Below are positions 30,185 through 38,635 of a stretch of 64,000 nucleotides of DNA, in pieces (position 1 is the first letter of the stretch; each line of letters starts with the position of its first letter). The translations under genes and the position numbers were made by a program. Source of the DNA: an uncultured Acidobacteriota bacterium (lineage in GTDB: Bacteria; Acidobacteriota; Terriglobia; Acidiferrales; UBA7541); NCBI GenBank assembly GCA_963715685.1, contig OY970264.1:2516071-2580070 (forward strand), written 5' to 3'. The notes under the pieces were generated by a model that was given only the letters and a program-made list of their open reading frames with translations, was not told the DNA's origin and did no database searches.

Positions 30185-30607
30185 ATGGCTGTTCGACCCT
30201 TGGTTCTGCTCAGTGCCATGTTACTGATCGGCTGCGTTGCCAGTGCCGGGCCGGCCGTCGACCAGACACAGTTTCCATTGACATACGTGCCGTCGGGCGA
30301 GCAGACGTATAAGCAATATTGCGCCGCTTGCCACGGCGCGGACGCCAAGGGATATGGTCCCTTGGCGCCCTTCCTCAAAACGCCCCCATCAGATCTGACC
30401 ACGCTGGCAAAGCGCCATGGGGGCAAGTTTCCGTATGACTATGTTTCGAATGTCCTCAAATCTGGGCCGGGCGTTCCCGCCCACGGCTCGCCGGACATGC
30501 CTACATGGGGCCCTCTCTTCCGATACCTCGACAAGCGGCACGAAAGAGTTGTGCAGCAACGCATCAAGAACCTCTGTGACTACCTGGCTTCGGTGCAGGC
30601 GAAATAA
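30185..30607 (+). CDS. class I c-type cytochrome (monoheme)
   Basis: Signal peptide MAVRPLVLLSAMLLIGCVASA, heme motif CAACHG and distal Met in SPDMPTWG. GGAGGA lies 6 nt upstream of ATG 30185. Confidence 0.8.
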   Translation: MAVRPLVLLSAMLLIGCVASAGPAVDQTQFPLTYVPSGEQTYKQYCAACHGADAKGYGPLAPFLKTPPSDLTTLAKRHGGKFPYDYVSNVLKSGPGVPAHGSPDMPTWGPLFRYLDKRHERVVQQRIKNLCDYLASVQAK

Positions 30608-30651
30608 CCGTTCCTCGTCACTCTCATAAATCGGTTTAGCGGAGGACATTT

Positions 30652-31410
30652 ATGGGCTCATCGCCGAAGATCGCGATCGTCACCGGGGCAGGCAGCGGAA
30701 TCGGCAAGTACGTCGCCCTTGCTCTTGCTCGGGAGAGCTACTCCGTGGTTCTTGCCGGTCGGCGCAAGGAGCCCTTGGAAGCGGCGGCGCTTGAAACGAG
30801 GCGGGCCGGTTCCCAAACGCTCGTCGTACCTGCGGACGTCTGCGATCCCGCCTCCGTCCGCGAGCTTTTCGCGAAAACGAAAGACGCGTTCGGCCGGCTT
30901 GACCTGCTGTTCAACAACGCCGGAATTTCCGGCCGCGCCACGCCGCTTGAGGACTTGTCGTTCGAGCAGTGGAAGTCTATCGTCGATACCAACCTCACCG
31001 GCACGTTTCTCTGCACGCAGGAAGCATTCAAAATCATGAAGAGCCAGGAGCCGCGTGGCGGGCGCATCATCAACAACGGCTCGATTTCGGCGCACAGTCC
31101 CCGGCCGAATTCCGCCCCCTACTCGGCATCGAAGCACGGAATTACCGGCCTCACCAAGGTGACTTCCCTCGACGGACGAAAGTACGACATCGCGTGCGGC
31201 CAGATCGATATTGGAAACGCGTCGACCGACATGGCCGAAAGAATGAAGAAGGGCGTGCCGCAGGCGAACGGCACGATCGCGGCCGAGCCGACGATGGATC
31301 CCGCGGACGTCGCGCGCGCCGTCGTGTACATGGCGTCTCTCCCGCTCGACGCCAACGTGCAATTCATGACCGTCATGGCGACCAAGATGCCATTCATCGG
31401 CCGCGGCTGA
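30652..31410 (+). CDS. SDR family oxidoreductase
   Basis: TGAGSGIG cofactor motif, NNAG, and the catalytic S...YSASK. Confidence 0.9.
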   Translation: MGSSPKIAIVTGAGSGIGKYVALALARESYSVVLAGRRKEPLEAAALETRRAGSQTLVVPADVCDPASVRELFAKTKDAFGRLDLLFNNAGISGRATPLEDLSFEQWKSIVDTNLTGTFLCTQEAFKIMKSQEPRGGRIINNGSISAHSPRPNSAPYSASKHGITGLTKVTSLDGRKYDIACGQIDIGNASTDMAERMKKGVPQANGTIAAEPTMDPADVARAVVYMASLPLDANVQFMTVMATKMPFIGRG

Positions 31411-31598
31411 TGTTCAGTGCGCGCCCGGGGCAGCAGTGAGCGCGAGAGCGACGGGGCCGGTGCATTGCCAGTGGGGGCAGCCGAGCGTATATTGTCGGTC
31501 GACCGGCATCCCAATGTGAATTCCTGCCTGCGATTACGAACTTCCGGTGGCGACCCAACGATGTCGGCAATATTTCGAGCATGGGGAGGTGCGATAAC

Positions 31599-33839
31599 AT
31601 GACCAGGAAAATTTCGTTTACAGGAACGGTGGCGCTCGGCATCGCTGTAACACTCGCTGCAGCGTTCGCTGTCCCGCTCGGCAGAACGAGCGCAAAGCAG
31701 AATAGCAGCGCAGGGATTCGGATCAAGAACAACGACATCGGCGGGACGGTCATAAGCTCCAACGGGCCGGAAGCGGGAGTGTGGGTGATCGCGGAAACAA
31801 ATGACCTGCCCACGCACTACATCAAGGAAGTGGTGACCGACGATCGCGGGCGTTATCTGATACCCGACCTGCCAAAGGCCGAATACTCCGTCTGGGCGCG
31901 CGGATACGGATTGGTGGATTCGCCAAAGGTGCAAACCGAGCCCGGCAAGCTCGTGGACCTGAAGCCAGGCGTCGCGCCAGATGCGAGGGCTGCCGCGCAA
32001 TACTATCCGGCAAATTATTGGTATTCCCTGCTGAACGTGCCGGGAGAAAACGAATTTCACGGCGCGGATACCGCTGCAAGCGGCATTTCACCGAACGTGA
32101 AAAGCCAGGGCGAGTGGATCCACCTGATCAAGACGGACGCCTGCGAGTCGTGCCACCAGCTCGGCAACCAATATACGCGGACGATTCCGGCGATGTTCAG
32201 CGATCTCGACCCAGCGCAAGCATGGATGCGGCGTGTGCAGTCCGGACAAGCAGGCGCGATCATGTTGGGCGGATTAAGCCAGCTCGGACCCAAGCGAGCC
32301 ACCGAGCTGTTCGGCGATTGGACCACGCGGATCGCGAAGGGCGAGTTGCCCGCGGAGGTGCCTCCGCGGCCGCAGGGCGTCGAACGCAATGTGCTGATCA
32401 CTCAGTGGGACTGGGCCGATCCGAAGGCATATCTGCACGACGAAATCTCGACAGACAAGCGCGATCCAAACGTCAACGCCAACGGCCTGATCTACGGATC
32501 GCCCGAGGAGAGCCGCGATTATTTGCCGGTGCTCGATCCGATGCACAACACGATCAGCCAGGTGAAGACTACTTACCGCGATCCGGACACGCCGGGGCAG
32601 CCGAAACCGCTGAAGGCGTCCGCATTCTGGGGCGACGAGGCGATCTGGGACAGCCACACGACGGTTCACAATCCGATGTTCGATGAGCGCGGGCGGCTAT
32701 GGTACACGGCGCGAATCCGTCCGCGCGACAACCCGGCCTTTTGCAAAGCTGGGTCGAGCCTTCCCTCGGCGCAACTTACTCCCGTCGAGAATTCTGGGCG
32801 CCAATTGGAGATGTACGATCCGGCGAGCAAGCAAATCTCGATGATCGACACTTGCTTTGGCACGCACCACCTGGTGTTCGCGAGCGACGCCAATAACACG
32901 CTGTGGACGAGCAGCGGCGGTGGCGGCGGAGTCGTGGGCTGGCTGAACACCAAAATGTGGGACCAGACGCACGACGCGGCGAAATCGCAAGGCTGGACAG
33001 CTCTGGTGCTGGACACCAACGGCAACGGAAAGAGAGACGCCTATGCAGAAGGCGAGCAGAGAGTGGCCACGACGCCCGGCGGCGAGAGTTTGGGCACGGC
33101 TTCCGCGCTAAACGCAGCGAGCGACCCCGCGAAAGACACGCGCCTCAACGCAGCGTTCTACGCCGTCGCGGTCGGCAAGGATGGGATGGTGTGGGGCACG
33201 GTGCTGGGCTTTCCGGGCGGGATCGTGCGGCTGAATCCGGGACCGAATCCACCGGAGACGGCTCTGGCGGAATACTACGAGGTGCCGTGGAACGACCCGA
33301 AGGCTCCGGTGTGGGGCTTTTCGCCGCGAGGGATGGATGTCGACGGCAACGGCGTGGTGTGGATAGCGCTGGCGAGCGGGCACCTGGGAAGCTTCGACCG
33401 GCGCAAGTGCAAGGGGCCGCTCAACGGACCGATGGCGACCGGACGGCAGTGCCCCGAAGGATGGACACTGTATCCGACGCCGGGACCGAAATTTAAGAAC
33501 GTCACGGCCTCGGGCAGCGCGGACTCTCATTACTACGCGTGGGTCGATCAGTTCGACACGCTGGGGCTGGGCAAGAACACTCCGATCGCGACCGGCAATT
33601 CGTCGGATTCGCTGATCGCGCTGGTGAACGGAAAATTCGTGATCCTGCGCGTTCCGTATCCGCTGGGCTTCTTTGCGAAAGGGATGGACGGGCGCTTCGA
33701 CGATCCGAAGGCCGGCTGGAAGGGCAAGGGCGTCTGGACGACCTGGGGTACCCGCACGCCATTCCACAGCGAGACGGGAAAAGGGACAATGCCGAAGGTG
33801 GTCCACTTCCAAATTCGACCCGATCCACTCGCGGACTGA
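31599..33839 (+). CDS. large exported protein: CarboxypepD_reg-like N-terminal domain, single CxxCH heme-binding motif, probable beta-propeller C-terminal region
   Basis: Signal peptide MTRKISFTGTVALGIAVTLAAAFA. GGTVISSNGPEAGVWVIAETNDLPTHYIKEVVTDDRGRYLIPDLPKAEYSVWARGYG matches the carboxypeptidase-regulatory fold pattern. Also has ACESCHQLG. GGGGAGGTG lies upstream of ATG 31599. Confidence 0.6.
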   Translation: MTRKISFTGTVALGIAVTLAAAFAVPLGRTSAKQNSSAGIRIKNNDIGGTVISSNGPEAGVWVIAETNDLPTHYIKEVVTDDRGRYLIPDLPKAEYSVWARGYGLVDSPKVQTEPGKLVDLKPGVAPDARAAAQYYPANYWYSLLNVPGENEFHGADTAASGISPNVKSQGEWIHLIKTDACESCHQLGNQYTRTIPAMFSDLDPAQAWMRRVQSGQAGAIMLGGLSQLGPKRATELFGDWTTRIAKGELPAEVPPRPQGVERNVLITQWDWADPKAYLHDEISTDKRDPNVNANGLIYGSPEESRDYLPVLDPMHNTISQVKTTYRDPDTPGQPKPLKASAFWGDEAIWDSHTTVHNPMFDERGRLWYTARIRPRDNPAFCKAGSSLPSAQLTPVENSGRQLEMYDPASKQISMIDTCFGTHHLVFASDANNTLWTSSGGGGGVVGWLNTKMWDQTHDAAKSQGWTALVLDTNGNGKRDAYAEGEQRVATTPGGESLGTASALNAASDPAKDTRLNAAFYAVAVGKDGMVWGTVLGFPGGIVRLNPGPNPPETALAEYYEVPWNDPKAPVWGFSPRGMDVDGNGVVWIALASGHLGSFDRRKCKGPLNGPMATGRQCPEGWTLYPTPGPKFKNVTASGSADSHYYAWVDQFDTLGLGKNTPIATGNSSDSLIALVNGKFVILRVPYPLGFFAKGMDGRFDDPKAGWKGKGVWTTWGTRTPFHSETGKGTMPKVVHFQIRPDPLAD

Positions 33840-33966
33840 ACCAAAAATTATACCCGTTGACGCGGTGCATCTTCTGCATTCGGGCGGTCCGGTCTGAATC
33901 GACCGGTTCGTGATTCGCCTGCGGCAAATCGGTTTTGCGCAAGTGCTAAACTGAAATGAAAGAATC

Positions 33967-34341
33967 ATGGAAGAAGCCGATATCTACTCAATTATTGGAG
34001 AGGAAGGTTTCACGCACCTGGTGGCTGCGTTTTACCGCCAGATCCCGGAGGACGACATTCTCGGAGCGATGTATCCCGAGGAGGATCGTGCTGGCGCCGA
34101 GCAGCGCCTGCGCGATTTCCTGATCTACAGGTTCGGAGGCCCGCAGCGATACATCGAAGAGCGAGGACATCCGCGCTTGCGGGCGCGACACTTTCCGTTC
34201 CGGATCAATCAAGCCGCCCGCGACCGGTGGATGCATCTGATGAACAGAGCGTTTGCGGAGGCGGCTCTGCCAGCCGAGGCTGAACAATTCCTTCGAGCGT
34301 TTTTCGAGCAAATGTCGACGTTCATGATCAATCAGGCGTAA
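33967..34341 (+). CDS. group 2 truncated hemoglobin (GlbO/YjbI-like)
   Basis: Carries F..LV.AFY......D.IL..MYP, ...FL..RFGGPQRYIEERGHPRLRARHFPFRI and ...RD.W...M. Confidence 0.85.
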   Translation: MEEADIYSIIGEEGFTHLVAAFYRQIPEDDILGAMYPEEDRAGAEQRLRDFLIYRFGGPQRYIEERGHPRLRARHFPFRINQAARDRWMHLMNRAFAEAALPAEAEQFLRAFFEQMSTFMINQA

Positions 34342-34448
34342 CAGCGATCGTTTTCGGAGCGCCGCACCTTTCTTGCCGCGACGGTAATAGAGAGTACAGC
34401 TGCAACATTTCGGCGTTCGGCTGCGTATCATGAAGCGAGAGGTGGTCT

Positions 34449-35441
34449 ATGACCGAGCCGGCAGCACCAACGGGACCACAGATGCCCAGGCCGCGACACA
34501 GGTCATTCGTAGGACCGATCCTGCTGATCGTGTTGGGCGTCTGCTTTCTGATGCTGAATTTCCATCCGGACTTTGATCCGTGGCCGATTTTGCTGCGCTT
34601 CTGGCCCCTGATTCTCGTTTTTATCGGGCTGGGGAAAATATGGGACAGCTACTACGCGCATGAGCATCCCGACCGCGCGACCGGACCGTGGATTTCGGGG
34701 ACGGGAGTGGCATGGATCGTGATCGCGGTGTTCTTCGTCCTGGCGATCTGGCATGGAGGTTTCGCGCGGCATCGCGGATGGGATTGGGACGGACGCCACT
34801 TCGGCGCAGATGCTTATGACGTTCACGACACGCAGGCGATCGAGTTGCAAGGCGCAAAGACCGTCACCGCGAATCTTGTGTTTCCCGCGGGGAGGTTCGT
34901 CCTGAGCGGCGGCTCAAGCCGGCTGCTCGATGCCGATTTCCGCTACGACCGAAACTGGGGGAAGCCGAACGTCGAATATCAGGTTTCCGGCGATCGCGGC
35001 CAACTCAGCGTGTCGCAAGGCGAGCATCGAGTGCATTTTGGAACCGACGACACCGACTGGAACTTGCGAATGGGCGGCGACGAGACAATCGACCTTAGCC
35101 TGAACATCGGGGCCGGCGAAAGCGATCTGCGCATGAACGGCCTGAACCTGAGCCACCTGCGGATCAATATGGGCGCGGGACAATTGCATCTCGATTTGAC
35201 CGGGCCGCGAAAAACGAATCTCGACGCGGAAGTCGACGGCGGCGTTGGGTCCGCGACGATTCGCTTGCCGAAGGACGTGGGTGTACACGTGGAAGCGTCG
35301 GGCGGGATCGGGTCGGTGAATGCGCCAGGGCTGGAGCGCGATGGAAGCGCGTACGTCAACAGTGTGTATGGGAAGACGCCGACGTCGATCGACATGACTG
35401 TCCACGGCGGCGTGGGAGAGATTAACCTTCTCGAGGAGTAG
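34449..35441 (+). CDS. membrane protein with LiaF-like TM region and a toast-rack (DUF2154/DUF4097-like) C-terminal domain
   Basis: N-terminal TM helices (ILLIVLGVCFLMLNF, ILLRFWPLILVFIGLGKIW). The C-terminal repeat-like beta pattern LRINMGAGQLHLDL...EVDGGVGSATIRLPKDVGVHVEASGGIGSV fits the toast-rack fold. Confidence 0.55.
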   Translation: MTEPAAPTGPQMPRPRHRSFVGPILLIVLGVCFLMLNFHPDFDPWPILLRFWPLILVFIGLGKIWDSYYAHEHPDRATGPWISGTGVAWIVIAVFFVLAIWHGGFARHRGWDWDGRHFGADAYDVHDTQAIELQGAKTVTANLVFPAGRFVLSGGSSRLLDADFRYDRNWGKPNVEYQVSGDRGQLSVSQGEHRVHFGTDDTDWNLRMGGDETIDLSLNIGAGESDLRMNGLNLSHLRINMGAGQLHLDLTGPRKTNLDAEVDGGVGSATIRLPKDVGVHVEASGGIGSVNAPGLERDGSAYVNSVYGKTPTSIDMTVHGGVGEINLLEE

Positions 35442-35519
35442 CAGGCAGGCGCGAGACGGTTGCATGCTTCAAGATTACCCACCGCAGAGACGCGGAGGAC
35501 GCAGATACAGAAAGAGAGA

Positions 35520-35595
35520 ACCGTTTAGCCGACCCCTCGTCCCGCTAAGTCTGCTGGAACGCAGACCGTGCGCTTCCCTTCCTTCCTGAGCGAGG
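35520..35595 (-). repeat. intergenic repeat copy C (partial or diverged)
   Basis: The minus strand GGGAAGCGCACGGTCTGCGTTCCAGCAGACTTAGCGGGACGAGGGGTCG aligns ungapped with copy A at 35/49. The blocks CCTCGTCCCGC and ACGCAGAC have identical 13-nt spacing in both copies. Confidence 0.4.
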
Positions 35596-35700
35596 ACAAC
35601 CAGGATGACCACGAATTAACGTGCGCGCGATGCGTTACTCAATCGCGGCAGGCGCGGCGGTTCGCTTTGACAGGGGCGCGACCGTCCGTTAGCGTCGAAG

Positions 35701-36543
35701 ATGCAGCGCGGCGACTTTCTCCCGCGCGCTAGGCGACAGGAGCGGACCTTGGCGCGGCCCATCATTACACTGACAACGGATTACGGCACGAATGACCATT
35801 TGGTCGGGGTCATGAAGGGCGTGATCCTGAGCATCAACCCAGAAGTACAGATCGTGGACATCACGCACGGAGTTCTGGCGCACGACATCCTCGACGGCGC
35901 GCTGGCGATCGGCCAGGCCTACAAATATTTCCCGCCGAAGACGATTCACGTGGTGGTCGTCGATCCCGGAGTCGGGACGCAGCGACGGCCGGTGCTCGTC
36001 GCGGCGGATCAGCACTATATGATCGCGCCGGATAATGGCGTGTTGTCATCGGTGTACGACCAGTCCGAGGCACTCTACGCGTGGAATATCATCTCCGAGC
36101 ACTACTTCCGCCAGCCCGTGAGCAAGACGTTCCACGGGCGGGACATTTTCGCGCCGGTAGCAGCATGGCTGTCGAAATCGTGGCAGACGTCCGCATTCGG
36201 CGAAGCGATCACCGATTTCGTGCGATTTGCGATCCCGAAGCCGAAAGCGGCAGGCAATACGGTCAAGGGTATCGTCCTGCGCGTCGATCATTTTGGCAAC
36301 GCGGTGACGAACGTGACGGCCGCGGACGTGCCCGCACTCGCAACGGTGGACGGAAAGTTTACGATCCGCGCGGGAAACGCGGTGGTGAACAAGGTGGTCC
36401 CGACCTTCGCGGAAGGCGCGAACGGCGAGGCCGTCGGGATCATTGGATCGAGCGGATACCTCGAAATCTCCGTGAACAAAGCCAGCGCGGCGCGAACGCT
36501 GGGAATCGCGCGCGGGGCTGAAGTCACTGTCGAGTTGAGCTAG
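35701..36543 (+). CDS. SAM hydrolase / SAM-dependent halogenase family protein (DUF62, S-adenosyl-L-methionine hydroxide adenosyltransferase)
   Basis: Carries IITLTTDYGTNDHLVGVMKGVILSINPEVQIVDITH and ...IHVVVVDPGVGTQRRPV. The start is uncertain and the N-terminal ~18 aa may not be translated. Confidence 0.85.
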   Translation: MQRGDFLPRARRQERTLARPIITLTTDYGTNDHLVGVMKGVILSINPEVQIVDITHGVLAHDILDGALAIGQAYKYFPPKTIHVVVVDPGVGTQRRPVLVAADQHYMIAPDNGVLSSVYDQSEALYAWNIISEHYFRQPVSKTFHGRDIFAPVAAWLSKSWQTSAFGEAITDFVRFAIPKPKAAGNTVKGIVLRVDHFGNAVTNVTAADVPALATVDGKFTIRAGNAVVNKVVPTFAEGANGEAVGIIGSSGYLEISVNKASAARTLGIARGAEVTVELS

Positions 36544-36685
36544 CGCCGCTTCACGGGATTACCCCCCCCCACCCTTCCACTCCTCAGCAAGGTGTTAGAA
36601 GAACTGGCGCCCGCGTACCACTCCGTTTCTTGCTTCCCTATTACGAGTTGCCTAACGCTGTCGACTTCCCGATTGTTGGCGACGT

Positions 36686-36782
36686 CCAAAAGAGATTCTT
36701 CGACTGCGCGTCCCGACCCGGAGATCGAGAAAACTGATCTCCGGGAAAGAAAAAGCGTCGGGACGCTCCGCTCAGAATGACA
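36686..36782 (-). repeat. intergenic repeat copy B with nested hairpins
   Basis: The minus strand reads TGTCATTCTGAGCGGAGCGTCCCGAC...CCGGAGATC-loop-GATCTCCGG...GTCGAAGAATCTCTTTTGG. The inner stem pairs 36718-36726 with 36736-36744. The outer stem pairs 36708-36717 with 36757-36766. Confidence 0.5.
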
Positions 36783-36845
36783 ATGCCAAAGGGGTGCCCT
36801 GAGCAACGCTCCGACCCCCTAAAAAAACTAATTATGGGAGAGCTG

Positions 36846-37718
36846 CTAGCGGGCGAGCGACGTAACGATGAGGTGCGAGCGCATGCGGGGATCCATCCAA
36901 TCGCGGAGCGCGTCGCCGAGCAGATTGAACGCGAGGACGGCTGCCATCACGGCGAGCGCGGGGAACAGCACCAGATGCGGCGCGTCGAAAAGATGGCCGC
37001 GCGCGTCATTCAGCATCCCGCCCCAGCTAGGCATCGGAGCGAGGACGCCGACGCCCAGAAAACTGAGCGTGGACTCGGCGAGTATCGCGCCGGCCATGCC
37101 AATCGTCGCCTGAACGAGCACAGGCTGAAGGATATTCGGCAGAAGATGCCGCAATAGAATGCGCGCGGGAGACGCACCCAGCGAGCGCGCCGCCAGCACG
37201 TATTCCATTTCCTTGGCTTGCAGGATTTGCGCGCGCGCCAGGCGCGCGTATCCCGACCATCCGGTCACAATCAGCGCCAGAATCACTTTGCCAACGCCCG
37301 GGCCGAGAAACGCTGCGAATGCGATGGCCAGAAGAATCCCGGGAAAGGAAAGAAATGCGTTGATCGCGACGATGTTCACGAACCGGTCGAACCAACCGCC
37401 GCAATAGCCCGCCAGCGAGCCGATTGCAAGCCCCACAAATCCGGCGCCGAAGACGACGCTCACGCCAACGAGCATCGATATGCGCGCGCCAAAAAGCACC
37501 CGCGAGAGGATGTCGCGGCCAAGCTCGTCGGTGCCCATCCAGTGCGCGGCGCTCGGGCCAGCCAGCCGGGCCGGCAGATTCTGCGCAGTGGGGTCGGCCG
37601 GCGCAATCCACGGAGCGGCCAGCGCCAGGATCACAAGCAGCAGAGCGAGCGCCAATGCCCAGCGTCCCATGGTGCTTCGGCGAAGAAACTCGCGCACGCC
37701 GTTTGTCTGATCCTTCAT
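36846..37718 (-). CDS. ABC transporter permease (Opp/Dpp family, DppC/OppC-like)
   Basis: Carries HWMGTDELGRDILSRV and the EAA-like loop ..ARSLGASPARILLRHLLPN. ATG 37718 overlaps the upstream TGA (ATGA). Confidence 0.9.
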   Translation of the reverse strand: MKDQTNGVREFLRRSTMGRWALALALLLVILALAAPWIAPADPTAQNLPARLAGPSAAHWMGTDELGRDILSRVLFGARISMLVGVSVVFGAGFVGLAIGSLAGYCGGWFDRFVNIVAINAFLSFPGILLAIAFAAFLGPGVGKVILALIVTGWSGYARLARAQILQAKEMEYVLAARSLGASPARILLRHLLPNILQPVLVQATIGMAGAILAESTLSFLGVGVLAPMPSWGGMLNDARGHLFDAPHLVLFPALAVMAAVLAFNLLGDALRDWMDPRMRSHLIVTSLAR

Positions 37719-38635
37719 TCGAAACGCACCCGGGGATCGACGAACGCGTACACGAGGTCCGTCAGAAGATTCACGGCGACATACGAAACGGCGATCAGGA
37801 GAATGCAGCCCTGCAAGAGCGGGTAGTCGCGCGCTCCGATTGCCTGCACCGCGAGCCGGCCGATGCCCGGCCACGAGAAAATCGTTTCGGTGACGATCGC
37901 TCCGGCCAGCAAAGTGCCGAACTGCAATCCGAGGATCGTGAGTATTGGGATCAGAGCGTTGCGGAAAGCGTGGCGGAAAAGCACCTGCGATTCGGTGAGG
38001 CCCTTGGCGCGCGCGGTGCGAACGTAGTCGCTCGACAATTCCTGAATTACGGAAGTACGCACCATGCGCGTGAGGATCGCCGCAAGCGTGGCTCCTAGCG
38101 TGACTGCGGGAAGTATCAGATGCGTGGGGCCGCCGCGGCCCGAGACCGGTAGCCATCCGAGAATCACGGCGAAAACCAAAATCAGCAGAGGGCCTAGCGC
38201 GAAATTCGGTACGGAGAGTCCCAACAGAGTGAAGACGCCAACGGCGCGGTCGGCGGAAGTGCCGCGACGTTCGGCGGCAAGCAAGCCAAACGGAATGCCA
38301 ATCGCGGCGCAAACGATGAGCGCCACGAACGCCAGCTCGAGTGTCGCGGGATAGTGTTCCAGAACGACGCGCGTGACCGGCTCCTGGAATCGAAAGGACT
38401 CGCCAAGATTGCCGCGCACGAGGCCCGCGAGGTAGCGGCCATATTGCGTGCCGATGGGCACGTCCAGACCGAGCGAATGGCGAAGCTGCTGCAAATCGTC
38501 CGCGCGCGCGCCTTCGCCCAGCATCTGCTGCACCGGATCGCCCGGCACGATGTGCGCGAGCAGGAAAACCAGCGTCACGATCACCCAAAGCGCCGGCAAT
38601 GCCAGCAAGAGCCGCACGGAGATGTACCGGATCAT
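37715..38635 (-). CDS. ABC transporter permease (Opp/Dpp family, DppB/OppB-like)
   Basis: Carries MIRYISVRLLLALPALWVIVTLVFLLAHIVPGDPV and ..YVRTARAKGLTESQVLFRHAFRNALIP. Confidence 0.9.
   Translation of the reverse strand: MIRYISVRLLLALPALWVIVTLVFLLAHIVPGDPVQQMLGEGARADDLQQLRHSLGLDVPIGTQYGRYLAGLVRGNLGESFRFQEPVTRVVLEHYPATLELAFVALIVCAAIGIPFGLLAAERRGTSADRAVGVFTLLGLSVPNFALGPLLILVFAVILGWLPVSGRGGPTHLILPAVTLGATLAAILTRMVRTSVIQELSSDYVRTARAKGLTESQVLFRHAFRNALIPILTILGLQFGTLLAGAIVTETIFSWPGIGRLAVQAIGARDYPLLQGCILLIAVSYVAVNLLTDLVYAFVDPRVRFE

Noticed and set aside
35667-35695. TTGACA-17 nt-TAGCGT promoter giving a leaderless SAM-hydrolase mRNA
   Set aside because: The -10 matches only 3/6. The annotated ATG 35701 is itself doubtful, because homology starts about 18 codons later.
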